A stretch of DNA of 64,000 nucleotides from the human T2T-CHM13v2.0 reference genome, Homo sapiens, in the NCBI RefSeq assembly GCF_009914755.1, contig NC_060944.1. One strand, given 5' to 3'. The notes beneath the pieces are model-generated. The model ran no database searches and was not told where the DNA came from. It was given only the letters and a program-made list of their open reading frames with translations. Both the position numbers and the translations under genes were made by a program. Of this stretch, positions 28,242 through 44,622 are shown one piece after another (within the stretch, counting starts at the first letter, position 1; the number at the start of each line of letters is the position of its first letter).

Positions 28242-30158
28242 ATCTTACCTGTAATGATGCAACTGCACTCACATGACAAGCCTACAGTAAGGGAAGATGC
28301 GGCGGAGTGCAATAAATATGTCTCATAGATATATAAGCACATAAGGACAGGGCAGTAGAGCATCCTACTTAGCAGGGTAGCGCAGTCACCCTGAACTCTT
28401 TTACAAATATCAAGAGACGTGGAGACATTGTAACGGAGGCTGCCTGGTAACTAATCGCTAACTTGTTCAGTTTGGGTGAAATCTGCCACCAGCATGTCTG
28501 TCTTTTGACGATATGTCACACACACACCAAAAGGGTGCAAAACCCTGAATGGCAGTGATTGTTCCCTTATCTTTCCTTCCCTAAAAAGAATTAGGGTTCT
28601 AAGTCTGGTGTCAAAAATTCAAAAGCGACAGGAGCCAGGCAGGTAATGTATATGAGAAGAGGAGACAATAGAGAGGGAAATGGAGTAGGTGAAATGGCAC
28701 CAGTCGCTCTATCTCTCTAAAAGAATTCAAATTTGGAGATTTTTCCAAGCACCGCGTGGGTGAGACATAACAGGCTTACAGCTGGATTCAGCCAATGAGC
28801 ACGCTGTTCCGAGTTCTTAATTAAGGGCCTGCAGGTGGCAAGGTCTGTTTATATTGTCCCCAAAATCCTAGATTTTAAAAAAGGAAAATATGATGACCCT
28901 GTGTGGAAACAAAATAGTAGATTTTTTGTTGATCTGACCACACTGAATTATTAGAGATTTGGGGTGATACCACATTCATTCTTGAACTTGTAGCCAAACA
29001 CCTCTGAGCAAGGCTAGGAGGAGATAAGATTTTTATTTTCATTTTCTTTCCATGAAGGACTGTCTCTCAGCAACTCTCACTACTGTTATCCCATCTGGTT
29101 GTAAGTGAAATACAGATTTGGAATATCATTTTTATCTGCACATATTTAAAATGTAATGTCCAAATATTATGCTGTTTGAAAAGAGACACCTGTCCAAAAA
29201 ATTCCCGGGAAGGTTTCAGAGAGTGCACTTAAGCTCAGATTTAGACACAAGTAAAGCTCATTTTTCATTTAGCAGAAACCTTCAGACTAGCCAAGACTTG
29301 GAATACATGCTGAACATTTTGCAAATACAGCAATGCCTCATTTATTTGACGTGGACTGTTCCATGTAAATGCATTTTCCACATAACTGAAGCTTATCCCA
29401 TTGCACATCAAATCATACATTTATTTTAGCCATTTTGCATGGGAATATTTCTGAGAGTGCATTACACACTTCCCTACCTCCTTAAATAGAATATGAGAAA
29501 CATAATTTAATCTTTGCTATCTGACTCAGGGTCATAGTCATGAATATCAAGTATTGGGCTGCTTTAGGCTGAAATAAAGGGATGCCCTGGGGTCCCTACA
29601 GCATAAAAGGAGTTGTTTGACTTCACTTTGCAGGAGCTGAGGTTTCCACACTTTTGAGAGTGTGCCTGCCAGCTCTCCATCTCATCCTTCAGTGCTCTCA
29701 TTATACCTAAAAGTCCTTTTGTTCCAAACCTCTTTAAATTTGTCTCGTCTATGGAATAGGAAGGTAAAGTGAAGTGCCTTACTTGGCTGACCAGAAACCC
29801 TGGGTTATTTTCCCATTTTTAATACATTCTTGTACTTTGTTAACCTGCACAAGCTACTTGACCCTCTTGGCCTCTGTTCCACAATCTAGAAGTGAGAGAA
29901 TTAAACACATTGTCTAAAATCCACCGAATCTGCTTCCATTTGCATAATTTTATGTGATCTTTGGCTCTGAAATGAACAAACTTGTTAAAATTGTGCTTAA
30001 ACATAGAGATCGTGGGTCCCAAGTGAGCACTTCAACATCCCTGTTAGAAGCAGAATTCACTGGCTGTGTATTACCTTATTTGTTTATTGGTTCCATTATA
30101 TTCTACATTGTTGAAGCTGTCAAAGAAGTGACCACTCGATAAATTGAAATACGATGCT

Positions 30159-31296
<1,138 letters not shown>

Positions 31297-31769
31297 TCTT
31301 AAGACATCTTCACATTATACTTTAGAAGACTAAAGGTTTTCTTTCAACATCAAAACTATTAATTAGTTTTGATGTGTGTGCCTAATCATTTTCTTAAGTA
31401 GTGTAGATTTGGTAAATAACACTTTTCCTCTGGGAAAGGAATAAAAAGACAATCCACACTTTTAATTGGATCCTTCTCTTGAAGTGAATTCCAAGTCTGT
31501 ATTTTCTCTTGTAAACATACAGCAAACTTTCCACGTTTTGATCCTGTACTTCATGAATCAAAGTGAAATCTTGGGAAAGAAAACATTACCTCTTTCTGAA
31601 CTTTGTGTATAGGCGTGCTTGCCTTTGGTTGTTGTCAAAATTCTTTGAAAGTGTTTGCCCAACAAACCAAATTAAATAACTGCGATATTCTATGTGCTCT
31701 CTTGTCAAAGGAAGATAGGTTCCTTTCTCCTTTAGGTTTTTGTGGATTCCCGTTTTTTGTTTGCCCTGT

Positions 31770-32220
31770 TGTTCATTTGTTCAGTTACTTATGCAGATTG
31801 TCTCAGCATATTCTATGTGCCAGGTTTTTAAAACAGGCAGTGAACAAGATAGACATCACGGCGCTCTCATGGAGCTGATGTTCTAGCATGGAAAACAGAT
31901 AATAAATAAATAACTAATCCATTATAATTGCAACGAATGCTATGAAGGAAAAGCAGAAAGGGTAGAAGCTAGATTGTAGGGGCCTACGTTGGTATGAGAA
32001 ATACACAGAGGCCTCCTAGAGGACGTGATGTTTCAGCTGAGCTCTGGAGGTGGGTGGGTGTTCCATAGGTGAAAGAACCATGGAAAAAGGAGCCGAGGAG
32101 GACATTCCAAGCAGAGGGAAGAACACATAATAAGACCCCTTGGAAGGGAATGGAAGCTAGTGGGTTCAAGGAAGTGATAAAATCCAGTAACAGAAGCCAG
32201 GATGAAGATGTGTGTGATAT
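31770..32220 (-). mobile_element. L2
   Basis: CTATGTGCCAGG...GCAGTGAACAAGATAGAC...CTCATGGAGCT...CATTCCAAGCAGAGGGAA. Confidence 0.8.
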
Positions 32221-32829
32221 TTAAACTAAAGTAGCCATTTAAAAGTTGTGCAAACTAAGGCATAGTACTCAAACTCTTTGAGTCTTGGGGTAAGGAAGAG
32301 AAAGGAAAATGATGTCAACCCTCAGTCATCCCCACTCACAAAGAGGCACAAACGGAAATCTCACTCATCACTTGGTTCATTGTTGTTGAGCTTGTAAATG
32401 TATTGATAACTTCTCCTAAGTGCCAGGCATTGTATTACATGCTGGGAGCACAAAGATGAATAATAACAATAGGTTCACAGAAAAGATGAATTGATTGAGA
32501 GAAAAAGAACCCTCCAGGAGCCCTCAGCGTAGTAGGGGGTTGGTGTTGGAGGGTGGAGGAATGGAAAAGGCCCTGAAATGCAGGCAGAGAAATGATTAAA
32601 CAATTCAGGGGCTGTGGTGAGGTTAAATGAATATCTTTACAGCAGCCTCGAAGACTGATCAGGTTACTATACCCTCTCTTCTGTCCACGTGCATTTCAAA
32701 ATAGTATTTTATGTTTAAAAATGACAAAAAAAAAAAAGGATGTACACTGGAAATAAAAGAACTTTCTAGGTTTTTTGTGAAATATGTAATTTTGGGTAAG
32801 TTCATCAAAGCTGAACTCATTTTGTTACT

Positions 32830-32969
32830 CATTTACTTATTTATGTAGAGATTTTGGGTGAGTCATGCTCTCACTGCAAAGTTAAGTAGTTGCTACAGGA
32901 CCCGTATCACCCACAAGGCTGACACTATTTACTATCTGGCACTTTGCAGAAAAAGGTTGCCAATCCCTG
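32830..32969. mobile_element. MER58A partial
   Basis: TATTTACTATCTGGCACTTTGCAGAAAAAGGTTGCCAATCCCTG terminus. Confidence 0.75.
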
Positions 32970-34928
32970 CTTTTTTGGTGCATTCATCCTTTTCATAAGG
33001 AGAAATTGCTCCAGGTAAAAGTCATCACAATAAATGGTTTCTTTTATTTTTTTTTAATAACACCCTGTTTCAATGAGCTGCCTACAATCCCACCATTAAT
33101 GCTTCAGTGTTTTGGCTTAATGCTGGCTTCAAGTAGTTCTTTTCAAGAAGCAAATACCCCTGAGAGCAGTAGCTCATTATTTAGCTAATAACAGTGTGAG
33201 AAAGCAGTGTGGTGTTTAGCAAAAGGCAGTGGTCCAAGGAAAAGGCCACCAATATTCCCAAATGCAACAATGTCTAGTTTTCCAGTCTGATTTCCCAGAG
33301 TGAAAGAAGCTCGTGTAGTCCAGGCCACAGGACCAAAAGGCTCCTGCCAGGCTGAACTCCCTAGTCTTGGGCAAAATATGCTGGGGACTTACTTATCCTA
33401 TTTGCTGGATCCCAAAGAATCAAAGATAAGGATTAGAATGGTTGAGTTCACACAGAGAATTGTTGATTATGTTTTATCCTTTTAAATATGTGTAAGTCAT
33501 AGAAAGCTCTGCAGTCAAAAATATTGATTGCATTGATCTCTGCCAACCACAGAAGCATGGGGCTCATGTGGGCTGCAGTGGAAAGGCTGTGAAATACTTA
33601 AAATAAAGACGTTATCTGATGGAAGATGCTTTCCTCCTCCTCTCCCCCACCCCAGAAGCAAGTTTGAACTGAAAATGCACAAATGCCAGTCAGCAAAAGG
33701 AAAAAGTACTTTTGCAGCTCCATTTAAACATCAGCATGCAGGCCTCGAGTCCAGCAGCACGTTCCAGGGCAGCAAGAATACAAATTTCTGCAGCATGCAT
33801 GGATTTTACAAGAAGAGTGTCGGCGTGAATTGTATTACAAGGCCTGATGAGCAATGTTGGTTTTCTTACAGAGAGCAGCCCCTTTATCATTCAAAGGACA
33901 TTGCCGATCAAAAACGCTCTTTTTGCACACACAGCCCATGTTCTGGAGCAAAGTATTTACGCATCATTCCCTTACTCGGTTAATCAGCCCTCTGTTCTGC
34001 AGGGTGGAGTCCCTACTTTGGGTCAGCCCCTGTGCTGAATGTTGGCAACAATGTCTATGGCCTCAACAAGTCTGTGAGGAAAGATGGACATCAATTTGAA
34101 GGTTCTTTGGTGGCAAAAATTTTCATCTTGTTGGTCATTCTAAGAGCACAAGGCCAGACATGTAGTAGGGGTTCAGCCAGTATGTGTTAAACAAATGACT
34201 AGATGAACAGGTCGAATGTAATACAAGGAAGAGAAAATAAGCTTGGATCAGAAAAATAAACAACTAACAGCCAGGGAGGCTGGGAAGCCTCCAGAGACCA
34301 GGTGAGATTTGATGTGGGCCTTGAAGAATGCCTAAAAGTTCAGGAGGTAGAGAGAGAAAAGGGCATCTTAGAAAGATCCTTCTGGTAGGAGAGGGCAAAG
34401 GATGGGTTTTCCCAACCCCTTTCTGGAAACAGGCACTTTATAAATCAATACAGCTAAGGCTCCCCATAAATGCACCCAAACCTTCCAGAATTCCACGCGG
34501 AAACACTCCCCAAAGGCATTCAGAATGCACCAGAGCTTCATCCTGCTGCCTTTTGCATGATTTCTCAGGGCCTGGCAATTAAGACAATTGTTTCATCTTG
34601 TGTGATGATGTGAAGAGGATCCAAGGAGTGGCAGCATATCACTCCCAAACTAGCTTAGGACAGGGCAAGCAGGTACAGCACAAATGTTGCACAGAATTTT
34701 CCAGGTGGAGGGACAGAGGAAGATAGAAAAAGTTGGCATCGTGGGCAGGAACACAATGTAGCTTCCCTGGGAGAAGAAGGGACAGTTGCTAGGCTCAATT
34801 CTGCTCAGCCTTTACTGAACCCCACCAGGCTGGGCACCATGCTTGGCAAAGGGCATAAAACAAGGAAGTCAGCAGAGGGGGCAGCTTGGTACAGTTAGTG
34901 AGAACATAGGCTTTGGAGGTAAATATTC

Positions 34929-35291
34929 TGTATCAACCCATTTTCATACTGCTTTGAAGAAATACCCAAGACTGGATAATTTATAAAGAAAAAGAGGTTT
35001 AATGGACTCACAGTTCCACATGGCTGGAAAGGCCTCAAAATCATGGAGAAAGGCAAAGGAGGAGCAAAGGCACATCTTACATGGCAGCAGGCAAGAGAGA
35101 GTGTGCAGGAAACTGCCCTTTATAAAACCTTCAGATCTCATGAGACTTATTCACTACCATGAGAATAGCACGGGCAAGGCTCTCCCCCATGATTTAATTA
35201 CCTCTCACCAGGTCCCTCCCATGACATGTGCAAATTATGGGAGCTACAATTCAAGATGAGATTTGGGTGGGGACACGGCCAAACCATATCA
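34929..35291 (-). mobile_element. THE1B solo LTR (MaLR)
   Basis: TG...CA termini; ATTTGGGTGGGGACACGGCCAAACCATATCA end; near-TSD TATTC/TATGC. Confidence 0.92.
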
Positions 35292-35295
35292 TATG

Positions 35296-35975
35296 CATTC
35301 ACTCATTTCGTTCAGCTAATATTTATTGATCACCTGTTATGCTGTAGGCACTGAGTACAGTTGTAAAAAAGCCAAGTATAAGTGCTGCTCTTGTAGAATT
35401 TATGTTCCAGGAGAGAAATGCAATAAATATTAGTGCTTACTACAGGCCAGGCATTATCTCCAGTACTTTGTATATGCATTAAATGTTACTCACAAGAAAC
35501 CTTTAAGTTACTATGACACTCCCATTTTACAGATGAGGAAACTGAGTTTCAGAGAGTTTAAACAAGAGTTAGAACACAGATACAAGGATTGGCCTTCAGA
35601 GTCTGGCCGTTAACCACTAGGTTGTCCCATCACAGGACAGAGAGTGGACAGGGTTTGGGAAAGGGACAGAATGACCCAGGAAGCCCCCTCTGAGCAGTGA
35701 CATTTGGGCTGTACCCAAATGAGAAAGAGCCAGCCATGGCTAGAGTTTCATGACAAGGCTGAGAGTGGAATGGAGCAAAGCAGAGGGGACGGCTGTCCGG
35801 ATCTCATGTGGGCTCTGTCACTTACTGCTTCATGCACTTAAGCTATTTAACTTCTCTGAGTCTCAGTTTAGTCGTCTAAAAAATGGGGACAAAATCTTTA
35901 AGAGAATGAATGCAATGCACTCACCCAAAGCCTAGAGCGGAGCAAGCACTCAACACATGTGGCCATTATTCCTGT
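35296..35975. mobile_element. Cluster of L2 and MIR relics
   Basis: AATATTTATTGATCACCT (L2); CCCATTTTACAGATGAGGAAACTGAG (MIR minus); CTCTGAGTCTCAGTTT (MIR plus). Confidence 0.7.
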
Positions 35976-36199
35976 TAACAGGACAATTGCTTCTCTGCAG
36001 AATGTCACAGCTGAGAGAGAGACTGATTATTACTCTACAGTGTGGCTAGATACCAAATGTTTCTCATTTCCCGGACTCACTGACATTCTGGGTGTGGTGC
36101 ACTTCTAGCATTTGCTTTCCCTTCTTCATGAGAAAGCCCAATCACCCTTTCTGGGCCATCAACCTAAACCTCAATGGCCAAGCATCTTTCTGAGCCTAT

Positions 36200-36490
36200 G
36201 CACTACCATCATCATCACTGCCAACACTGCCATCATCATCATTATCATCGTTACGGTCATTATCTTCATTGTGAACCTCAGCAAAGCACGTACTGTGTGC
36301 CAGGCTTTGTCCTGAGTGCTTGACCCTTGTTCTCATTCACTCATCATAGTGGCTTCTAAGGTTGGTGTATTATTTTCCCTGTTTTTTCAAATGAGGAAAC
36401 TGAGGCATAGGGAGGTTGAGTAACTTGCCCACAGTCACACAGCTAGGAGGTGCATCTGAACTGAGGCAGTCTGGATCTGCTGGTCCTGTC
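36200..36490 (-). mobile_element. MIR with (CAT)n-like tail
   Basis: ATGAGGAAACTGAGGCATAGGGAGGTTGAGTAACTTGCCCACAGTCACACAGCTAG. Confidence 0.85.
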
Positions 36491-37537
36491 TAGAAACACT
36501 ATGTTTCCCATCTTCAGGATTTTTGCCTCTGGGCAATATTTTCCTGCCACTATTTGCATCAGTTCTTTTCATTGCCTCAATTCACACTTTTACTTAAATG
36601 AACACTTTGTAAAACCACATCCTAGATGAAAATCAGTCATATTTGTCATTAAAAAGGGAGCACTATAACAATGAAAATGCAATAACAAGAAAACTGTAGC
36701 ATCAAAATCCTTTCTAGAAGTGTTGCTGGTAGAAGGCTCAGAGCCCACGGCCAGCTCTTTCTTTGCAGAAAGGGGAGATAACAAGTGTTAGGGGGTGTTA
36801 AAAACACATCAGCACAAAGCTCACCCTTTGACTCAACAGAAAAAATAAAAAAGAATTAAAAAAGGAATTGTCCTACTCAACTACCTGTCTTCCTCCAGCA
36901 TTCCCTCCCACTTTGGGAGAGACTGAAGTAGAAGGGGTTTGGGGCCTGTGGTCGGGGGACATGTCTGTAACAAGCTGTGTGTGCTTAAGCAAGACCTTGT
37001 GCCTCCTCTGAGTGATGAAGACATCGTTCCAGTTTAGGGTCATCATCATCAAGAAGCAATTAGCTGGCCAGTGCCCATGTACGATAAACTTTTCTCTAGA
37101 CAAATTAGAAACATAAGTCCCAGTAGAAATGAGATTTCCATAAAGTTACTTTTAGTGAATTTAATAGACTCTTTCTTGGTCTGAAATTCACCCAACAACA
37201 TGCATTCCACAATTTTTGTGGAGCAACCACAATACACCATCACTCTAGGGCGCAACAGGTTTTCAATAATGAAATTGTTCCTTCTTACTTTAGAAAAATG
37301 AAAATATCCTCCATTTTTATTACACAATGTTCATAGTAATTCATCTTTCTTCTTTTGTGTGTCCATCTTTAGCAAAATTAAAGTTTGGTCCCTTATATCA
37401 TTCCTTCATATTTTTTTTCTGGAAATTTCGCTGGTCTGTCTCTTATATCCCCAAATCTGAGAACTCCTGGACTAAGTGGGTCCCTCTGGGCTCAAGTATG
37501 TTGGCATCCATTTGTGTGATGCTTTATAGAAATTCCT

Positions 37538-37924
<387 letters not shown>

Positions 37925-38149
37925 CTAAAGGAGTGGCTGCTTCTCACCTCTGGGGAATTGTTGTCATGGACAGTGTGGACCCGGTGATGCCTGATCTCAT
38001 GTGGTCTCAAGAGAAGGCACAAGCCTGATTTTCATGGGGAGTCCCTGTGAGCTGGATCTGGTGGATGTGCCACAAGAGGGCCGCCATCCCCTGCTTTTTT
38101 TCATTAACTGGCTTAAGTCATGTCACAGAGACAGGTGGTAAAAGGAGGC

Positions 38150-38330
38150 AGCAGGGATGTCATGGAGAAAGCTTGGACTTTGGGCCGGTGGATCTCAGCA
38201 CCTTGCCATTCATAGCTGGGTGACCTTGGGCAGAAAGGACAACCTCTCTGGGACTCTATTTTCCTATCTGTAAATCAGAGATTTTTATTCTACTTCCTCA
38301 ATTTTATTCGAGATCAGAAATAACATCTAG
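38150..38330 (+). mobile_element. MIR
   Basis: AGCTGGGTGACCTTGGGCA...TTTCCTATCTGTAAA. Confidence 0.75.
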
Positions 38331-38383
38331 TGTTACAAGGCAGAGGACAGTGATTTTATTTTGTAAGTAAAAGACTTGAGTCT

Positions 38384-38684
<301 letters not shown>

Positions 38685-39552
38685 TTAGTCCCGCTCTTCT
38701 GTTCTCATTCCCCATGATCATTTCTGGGTGCCACTGGCTGACCTTTTTCTAGCTTTCTGCCTCCTCTTGAGCCAGTGACAAAGCCCCTGACCAGTGACTA
38801 TCCAAGGCTTTCCAAGCCCAAGCTGCCACTGGGGAGGGCCCTGATGCAAATGCAGGGAGCTGGGCCTTGTGTTTCTAGGCCTGGCTCCTCTTGAGCCCAG
38901 AATTCAGTATAAAGCCATCTTCTTGGCAAGAAGGCAAACACCCACGTAAAACGCTAGCCTACAGGAAATCATGACTGCCTCCTGCCCACCACGGAAGTAA
39001 AACATCACCCTGTTCTCTTCCTGGAGCCTCTGTGTTTGGTGCTCATGGAAACCAGTATCTTTGGGGCTGTGAGTGAATAAGCTCAACTCTTAGCAGATTT
39101 GCCTCCAGGGTGGGTTGTAGAAGAAGGTAACCAGCCTTCCCAGTTTATCTGGGACTAAGGGACTTACTGAGATGCCAGACTTTTCTGTTTAAAGCCACAA
39201 AAGTCCCAAGCAAATGGGACAAGTCGGTCACCCTGCTCCAGATCTTGATATGGAAAAAGCATGTTGGCCTGGGAGAAGATTCTTTCCAGCTCTAAAATGT
39301 CAGTGCTGTGAGTCCAGGTGTGTTCTTGGACCCCAAGCCACTCCTTGGGGCTGAGGCACCTATCTGAGCTGCTAAGCCAGTGCCTGAGAGCCAGAGGCTG
39401 GCACACATCTGCCAAAACAGACAGTACTCCGGGTGACTCTTATAAAATGACCTTCCTTGGTTCACAAGGTGACATCGATTTGCTATCTTGGCTTGAGTCT
39501 CTACCTTCTACCGTGTGAAGTCTGTAGAAAGTGCCCTGGAAATACTTGTTTG

Positions 39553-39580
39553 ATGAATGAATGAATGAATGAATGAATGA
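39553..39580 (+). repeat. (TGAA)n, L2 tail
   Basis: Tetranucleotide run after AAATACTTGTT. Confidence 0.85.
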
Positions 39581-39639
39581 TGTAGTTAAAGTTTAAAGTT
39601 TTAATGGAAAAAGAAATAGGTGAATAAATAAATAAGTGA

Positions 39640-40062
<423 letters not shown>

Positions 40063-40501
40063 TAAGACCAACTGACTTGGAGTAAATCCTGGGCTACAGG
40101 GGCAGACGGGTAGGGCAAGTCCTGGCTCTTGTGGTCCCTCCTGACCTCTCTGGACGCCCTGTTCATCTGTACACAGAGCTGCAGGGGAACTTCCCAGTCT
40201 CCTTCACTAACATGCGACAGCCATCCCTCAAACTGGGCTCCTGTCACTCCCTTCCACAGCAAACATTTTCTTTTTAGCTCCGGCGTTTTTGAGAGAATGC
40301 CTCCACTCACAGGAATGGTTCCAGTGGCGGGATGCTCGGGTCCTAAGATAGAGATATATGAGTGAGGTTTTTGTGTCTCGGAATCATCAGAGAGCAGGCA
40401 GCCATCTCCACTGGGCACAGCACTCATGGTCCAACAGCAGGCGGGTCCAGTGTAGAAGCCCTAGGTAGGATGAGGGAGAAGGAGGCAGTTTCCTTTTCTA
40501 C

Positions 40502-40790
40502 TTTTTGTTTTTGGTTTTGTTTTGTTTTGCTTTGTTTTTTGAGACAAGGTGTTACTCTGTCACCCAGGCTGGAGTACAGTGATGCAATAGGAGCTCACTG
40601 CAGGCTCAAACTCCTGGGCTCAAGCAATCCTCCCAACTCAGCCTCCCCAGTAGCAGGGAGCACAGGTATGCATCACTATGTCTAACTCTTTGGTATTTTT
40701 TGCAGAGATGGGGTTTCACCGTGTTGCTTAGGCTGGTCTCAAACTCTTGAGCTCAAGTGATCCACCCACCTCAGCCTCCCAAAGTGCTGG
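40502..40790 (-). mobile_element. AluJ, slightly 5'-truncated
   Basis: CTCCTGGGCTCAAGCAATCCTCCC J-type motif. Confidence 0.92.
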
Positions 40791-41806
40791 ACAGATTCCT
40801 TTTCATCCTCAAAGCCTCTGATCACATCACCTCCTCCGTGAAGACCTTGCTGACCTCAGGAAGAGCTAGTAGCTCTTTCTCCTGTAATCCTGTGGCACTT
40901 TGCCCATCTGCTATGATTTTGATGCATTACAAAATGTATTGCCCCTACTATTCTCCTCTATTAGATCAAGAGCACCCGGGATCAGGAATTGTGTGCCCAG
41001 GCTTCAACCCTGTGTCGGGACAGCCAGTTTTGTGCTCAACAAAATTGGCTAGTTATATTTGTAAGCTAACAAATAGCCAAAGTAATAATAAACAGAGTGA
41101 CAACAGTCAATGCAGGTCTAGCCACCGCCAAATGCATGAATCTGGCAGAATTCCTGAGGCCTAATTATCAGGGAAAAGACTTGGCAAGTGGCATGGAATA
41201 ATCCAGAAGCAGTGTTTGGTCTTGGTTAAACTGTCTTACGAACACAGGGACTGTGAAAATGGAGATCCATGTTTTTCCACCAGAAGCATTTTATTTTTCT
41301 ATGTTTTTCTTGGTTTTTTGATTCTTATGTTGTCATTTCCCTGAGTTGAGATCTCCAGCAGTTCCTGAATTTTCTTGGAGCACTGCTCTGTGCAATTTCA
41401 CCTGACCTCCTTACATCTCTGAGGGGAGGGCTTGATTTAACTAGGGTATTGATTTAACAGGGACTTTCCCTGAAAATCTAGATCTAAAAAGTCATCATCT
41501 TAATCATTAGTAAAGAGGAAGGTGGAGAGGCAGTGATGGGTTGAGAGCCCTGGGGAAGAAGCTGCATGTGTGGACATTGAAGCAGGCCTGGGAGAGCAGC
41601 TGGCGGTTGCGTGTGGACACCACTGCCTTCCAGTGAAACACAGGGCAGTTCAGCTCAGGGAGAGTCACTCCTCCCCTGGGCGGGACTTCAGTGATGGGCC
41701 AGGAGTGTCCACACCTGGGTTCCTGCCATGAACTGCCTTCTAGAAGCTCTCCTTAAGGTCTACACATCGTATAATGGAGGCAAGTTGCTGCATGAGGGGG
41801 AACTGC

Positions 41807-41842
41807 TTTGTTTGTTGTTTGTTTGTTTGTTTGTTTGTTTTT
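41807..41842. repeat. (TTTG)n microsatellite
   Basis: Read directly. Confidence 0.9.
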
Positions 41843-41915
41843 AACTGTGTGAAGTTTTTGTACCAATGGAAATAGGAGGAAGTAAAGCAAATTAAGGCCC
41901 TCCCGGCTACTTTAG

Positions 41916-42226
<311 letters not shown>

Positions 42227-42545
42227 CAACCTTGGTATCTTAAAGCAAGTGTCTTACACCTGCACCACCCCTGCTGCCTCTTTCTCGGCTTTATGCTTTG
42301 AGAATGGGAGAGAGGACTGTGCTTGTCACAAGAGAATGCATTGCTAATGGTGGAATTTTAGATATTAGAGGAACAATGACTTTTGTCGGATTTGTCCCCA
42401 TCCATTCACATCAGCAAATATTCCATGATTGCCTGTGATATGTCTAAGCAAAGGAACTTGGAGTGCTGAGCAAAGGAAGACAAGACAGGGACTTCTATCC
42501 TGGTCGAGTTGCACTATTAATAGATAAGACATCTCAGGCCATAGA

Positions 42546-42640
42546 TAGTTAAGATCTCAGTATTTACAAACTTATCACTTGTAATTTAGTCTATTCCTCA
42601 GCAACGCCCATGATAGAGGTGCAGTAACTTATCTTTTTGC
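42546..42640 (+). repeat. Local duplicate block A (copy of 44523-44622)
   Basis: Manual alignment, roughly 75-80% identity with one short gap. Confidence 0.8.
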
Positions 42641-43110
42641 TGTACATGAATTTGATTTGAGCTGCAATATTAATGGGAAGGGGTGATTCAATTGGTCACT
42701 AAGCGCCTCTAGAAAGCCCCCCCGGCAACCACCTCCCAATAAGGCTTTGCCTCCCTCCATGCATCACTGTGTGCGCCATCATGCTGATGATGTGGTATAA
42801 CTGTTTGGTAGTGGAGATGTGCCATCGTTGGAGGAGGAAATATTATTAGTAAGAGCTGAAATATCTTATTGCAGAAAGGTATTTATAGGAAATGTGTGAC
42901 TCTTGAAGAAAGTAAGAATTAGGAGAAACCCAGGAGCCTATATCAGCAAACCTCTGTTCACAATTTTAGTAATCTGGGAAAATCTTACACTACCTGCCTT
43001 GCAAACTGGCGAAAATTAGCAGGTCTACAATTATGATGATCGGATTCTCCGAGATGAAAATTAGGTCCCGTGATACATAAGTTCAGATGTCCCTGGAAAG
43101 ATCCAAGGAG

Positions 43111-43210
43111 GAAATATTTGAAATAGAGCTTGTTCTGGAAAATATTTGAAATTGAGAAGGTTGTGGAAACCGTACATGCAGCACTGTGCATGCAGCAGGA
43201 TGTGTATAAA
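43111..43210 (+). repeat. Local duplicate block B (copy of 44405-44504)
   Basis: Ungapped manual alignment, 92/100 identical. Confidence 0.95.
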
Positions 43211-43473
43211 GTCTGATGAGGACATAGATGAGAGTGCTTGTGAGCCCACATTCTCAAACCACACCAAGTACACAGCCCCTGATAGCGAGACCAAGCTTGA
43301 CCATCCACATTTGTTCATTCTGTTGGGTAGAATTTATCAAACCAGAACATACAGGTCACAAGTTGTTCCTTCAATCAAGGAAGATCCCCTCGTCATCTGG
43401 ACACTAGCTGTGGGATGTCAAAGAGTTCTCAGGCCCCTGAGTAACTAATGACGTACAGCCATTAACTCTATTA

Positions 43474-43714
<241 letters not shown>

Positions 43715-43754
43715 TTATCTTCCAGAGATGCGATATTAGTCCTGTGATTGCCTG

Positions 43755-44230
43755 TTTACTCATTCATTGATACAATAAATATTGACCGAGTGCTTGCTAT
43801 GTGACAAGCACTGAGCTAGGGCTGGGAAATCATCAGTGAATAGTCAGAGAAAGTCCTTGTTTGCAAGAGCATAGACTCTAGTTCGAGGAGAGAAAATGAA
43901 CAAGACCACTTCAGGGTACGATAAGAGCTTTGAAGGCATCAAAACAGGCTAGGGAGCCTGGGTGGAAACTAGTGTAAAGAGGATGACAAGGAAGTCCTGA
44001 CCAATGTGAGACCTGTGCAGTGAGGAGTCAGCCACACGGAGAGCAGCAAGGGCCAGCAGCCCAAGGCGAGAGTGCACTTTGCATTTGAGGAACAGAAAGG
44101 TTTCGTGACTGCAGACTTGTGAATTTGGAAGCAAGTGGGAAGAGGCCAACCAGGGCCTGACCCTTGGTAAAGATATGCAAAGTGAAGCCTTGGGAGTCAT
44201 TTAAAGCAGGGGGCTGGGATGTGTGCTGGT
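43755..44230 (-). mobile_element. L2
   Basis: CTCATTCATTGATACAATAAATATTGACCGAGTGCTTGCTATGTG...CAGTGAA. Confidence 0.75.
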
Positions 44231-44404
44231 TATACATTGAGGGACGATAAACCTGACAATGGTGCTCACCCTTAGAGTCCAACACACTCTTCCATCATGA
44301 CCAGTAGGAGGAAATGTGTGCCGAGATTGCTAAATTTCCAAGATTGCATGTAACTCCCAGCATGCTTCATCTGTGCTGTATTTTATAAAATATCTGCATA
44401 AACA

Positions 44405-44622
44405 GAAATATTTGAAATAGAGCCTATTCTGGAAAATACTGGAAATTGAGAAGGTCGTGGAAATCGTACATGCAGCACTGTGCAAGCAGCAGGATATGTA
44501 TAAATCCAACTCTGTTTGTAAGTAGTTGGAATCTCAGCATTTACAGACTTATCATTTGTAATTTGGACTCTTTATTCCTGAGCTACTCACATTATAGAGG
44601 CATAGTAATTTGTCCTCTCTGC
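44405..44622 (+). repeat. Adjacent partner copies B' (44405-44504) and A' (44523-44622)
   Basis: Homologous to 43111-43210 and 42546-42640 respectively. Confidence 0.88.
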
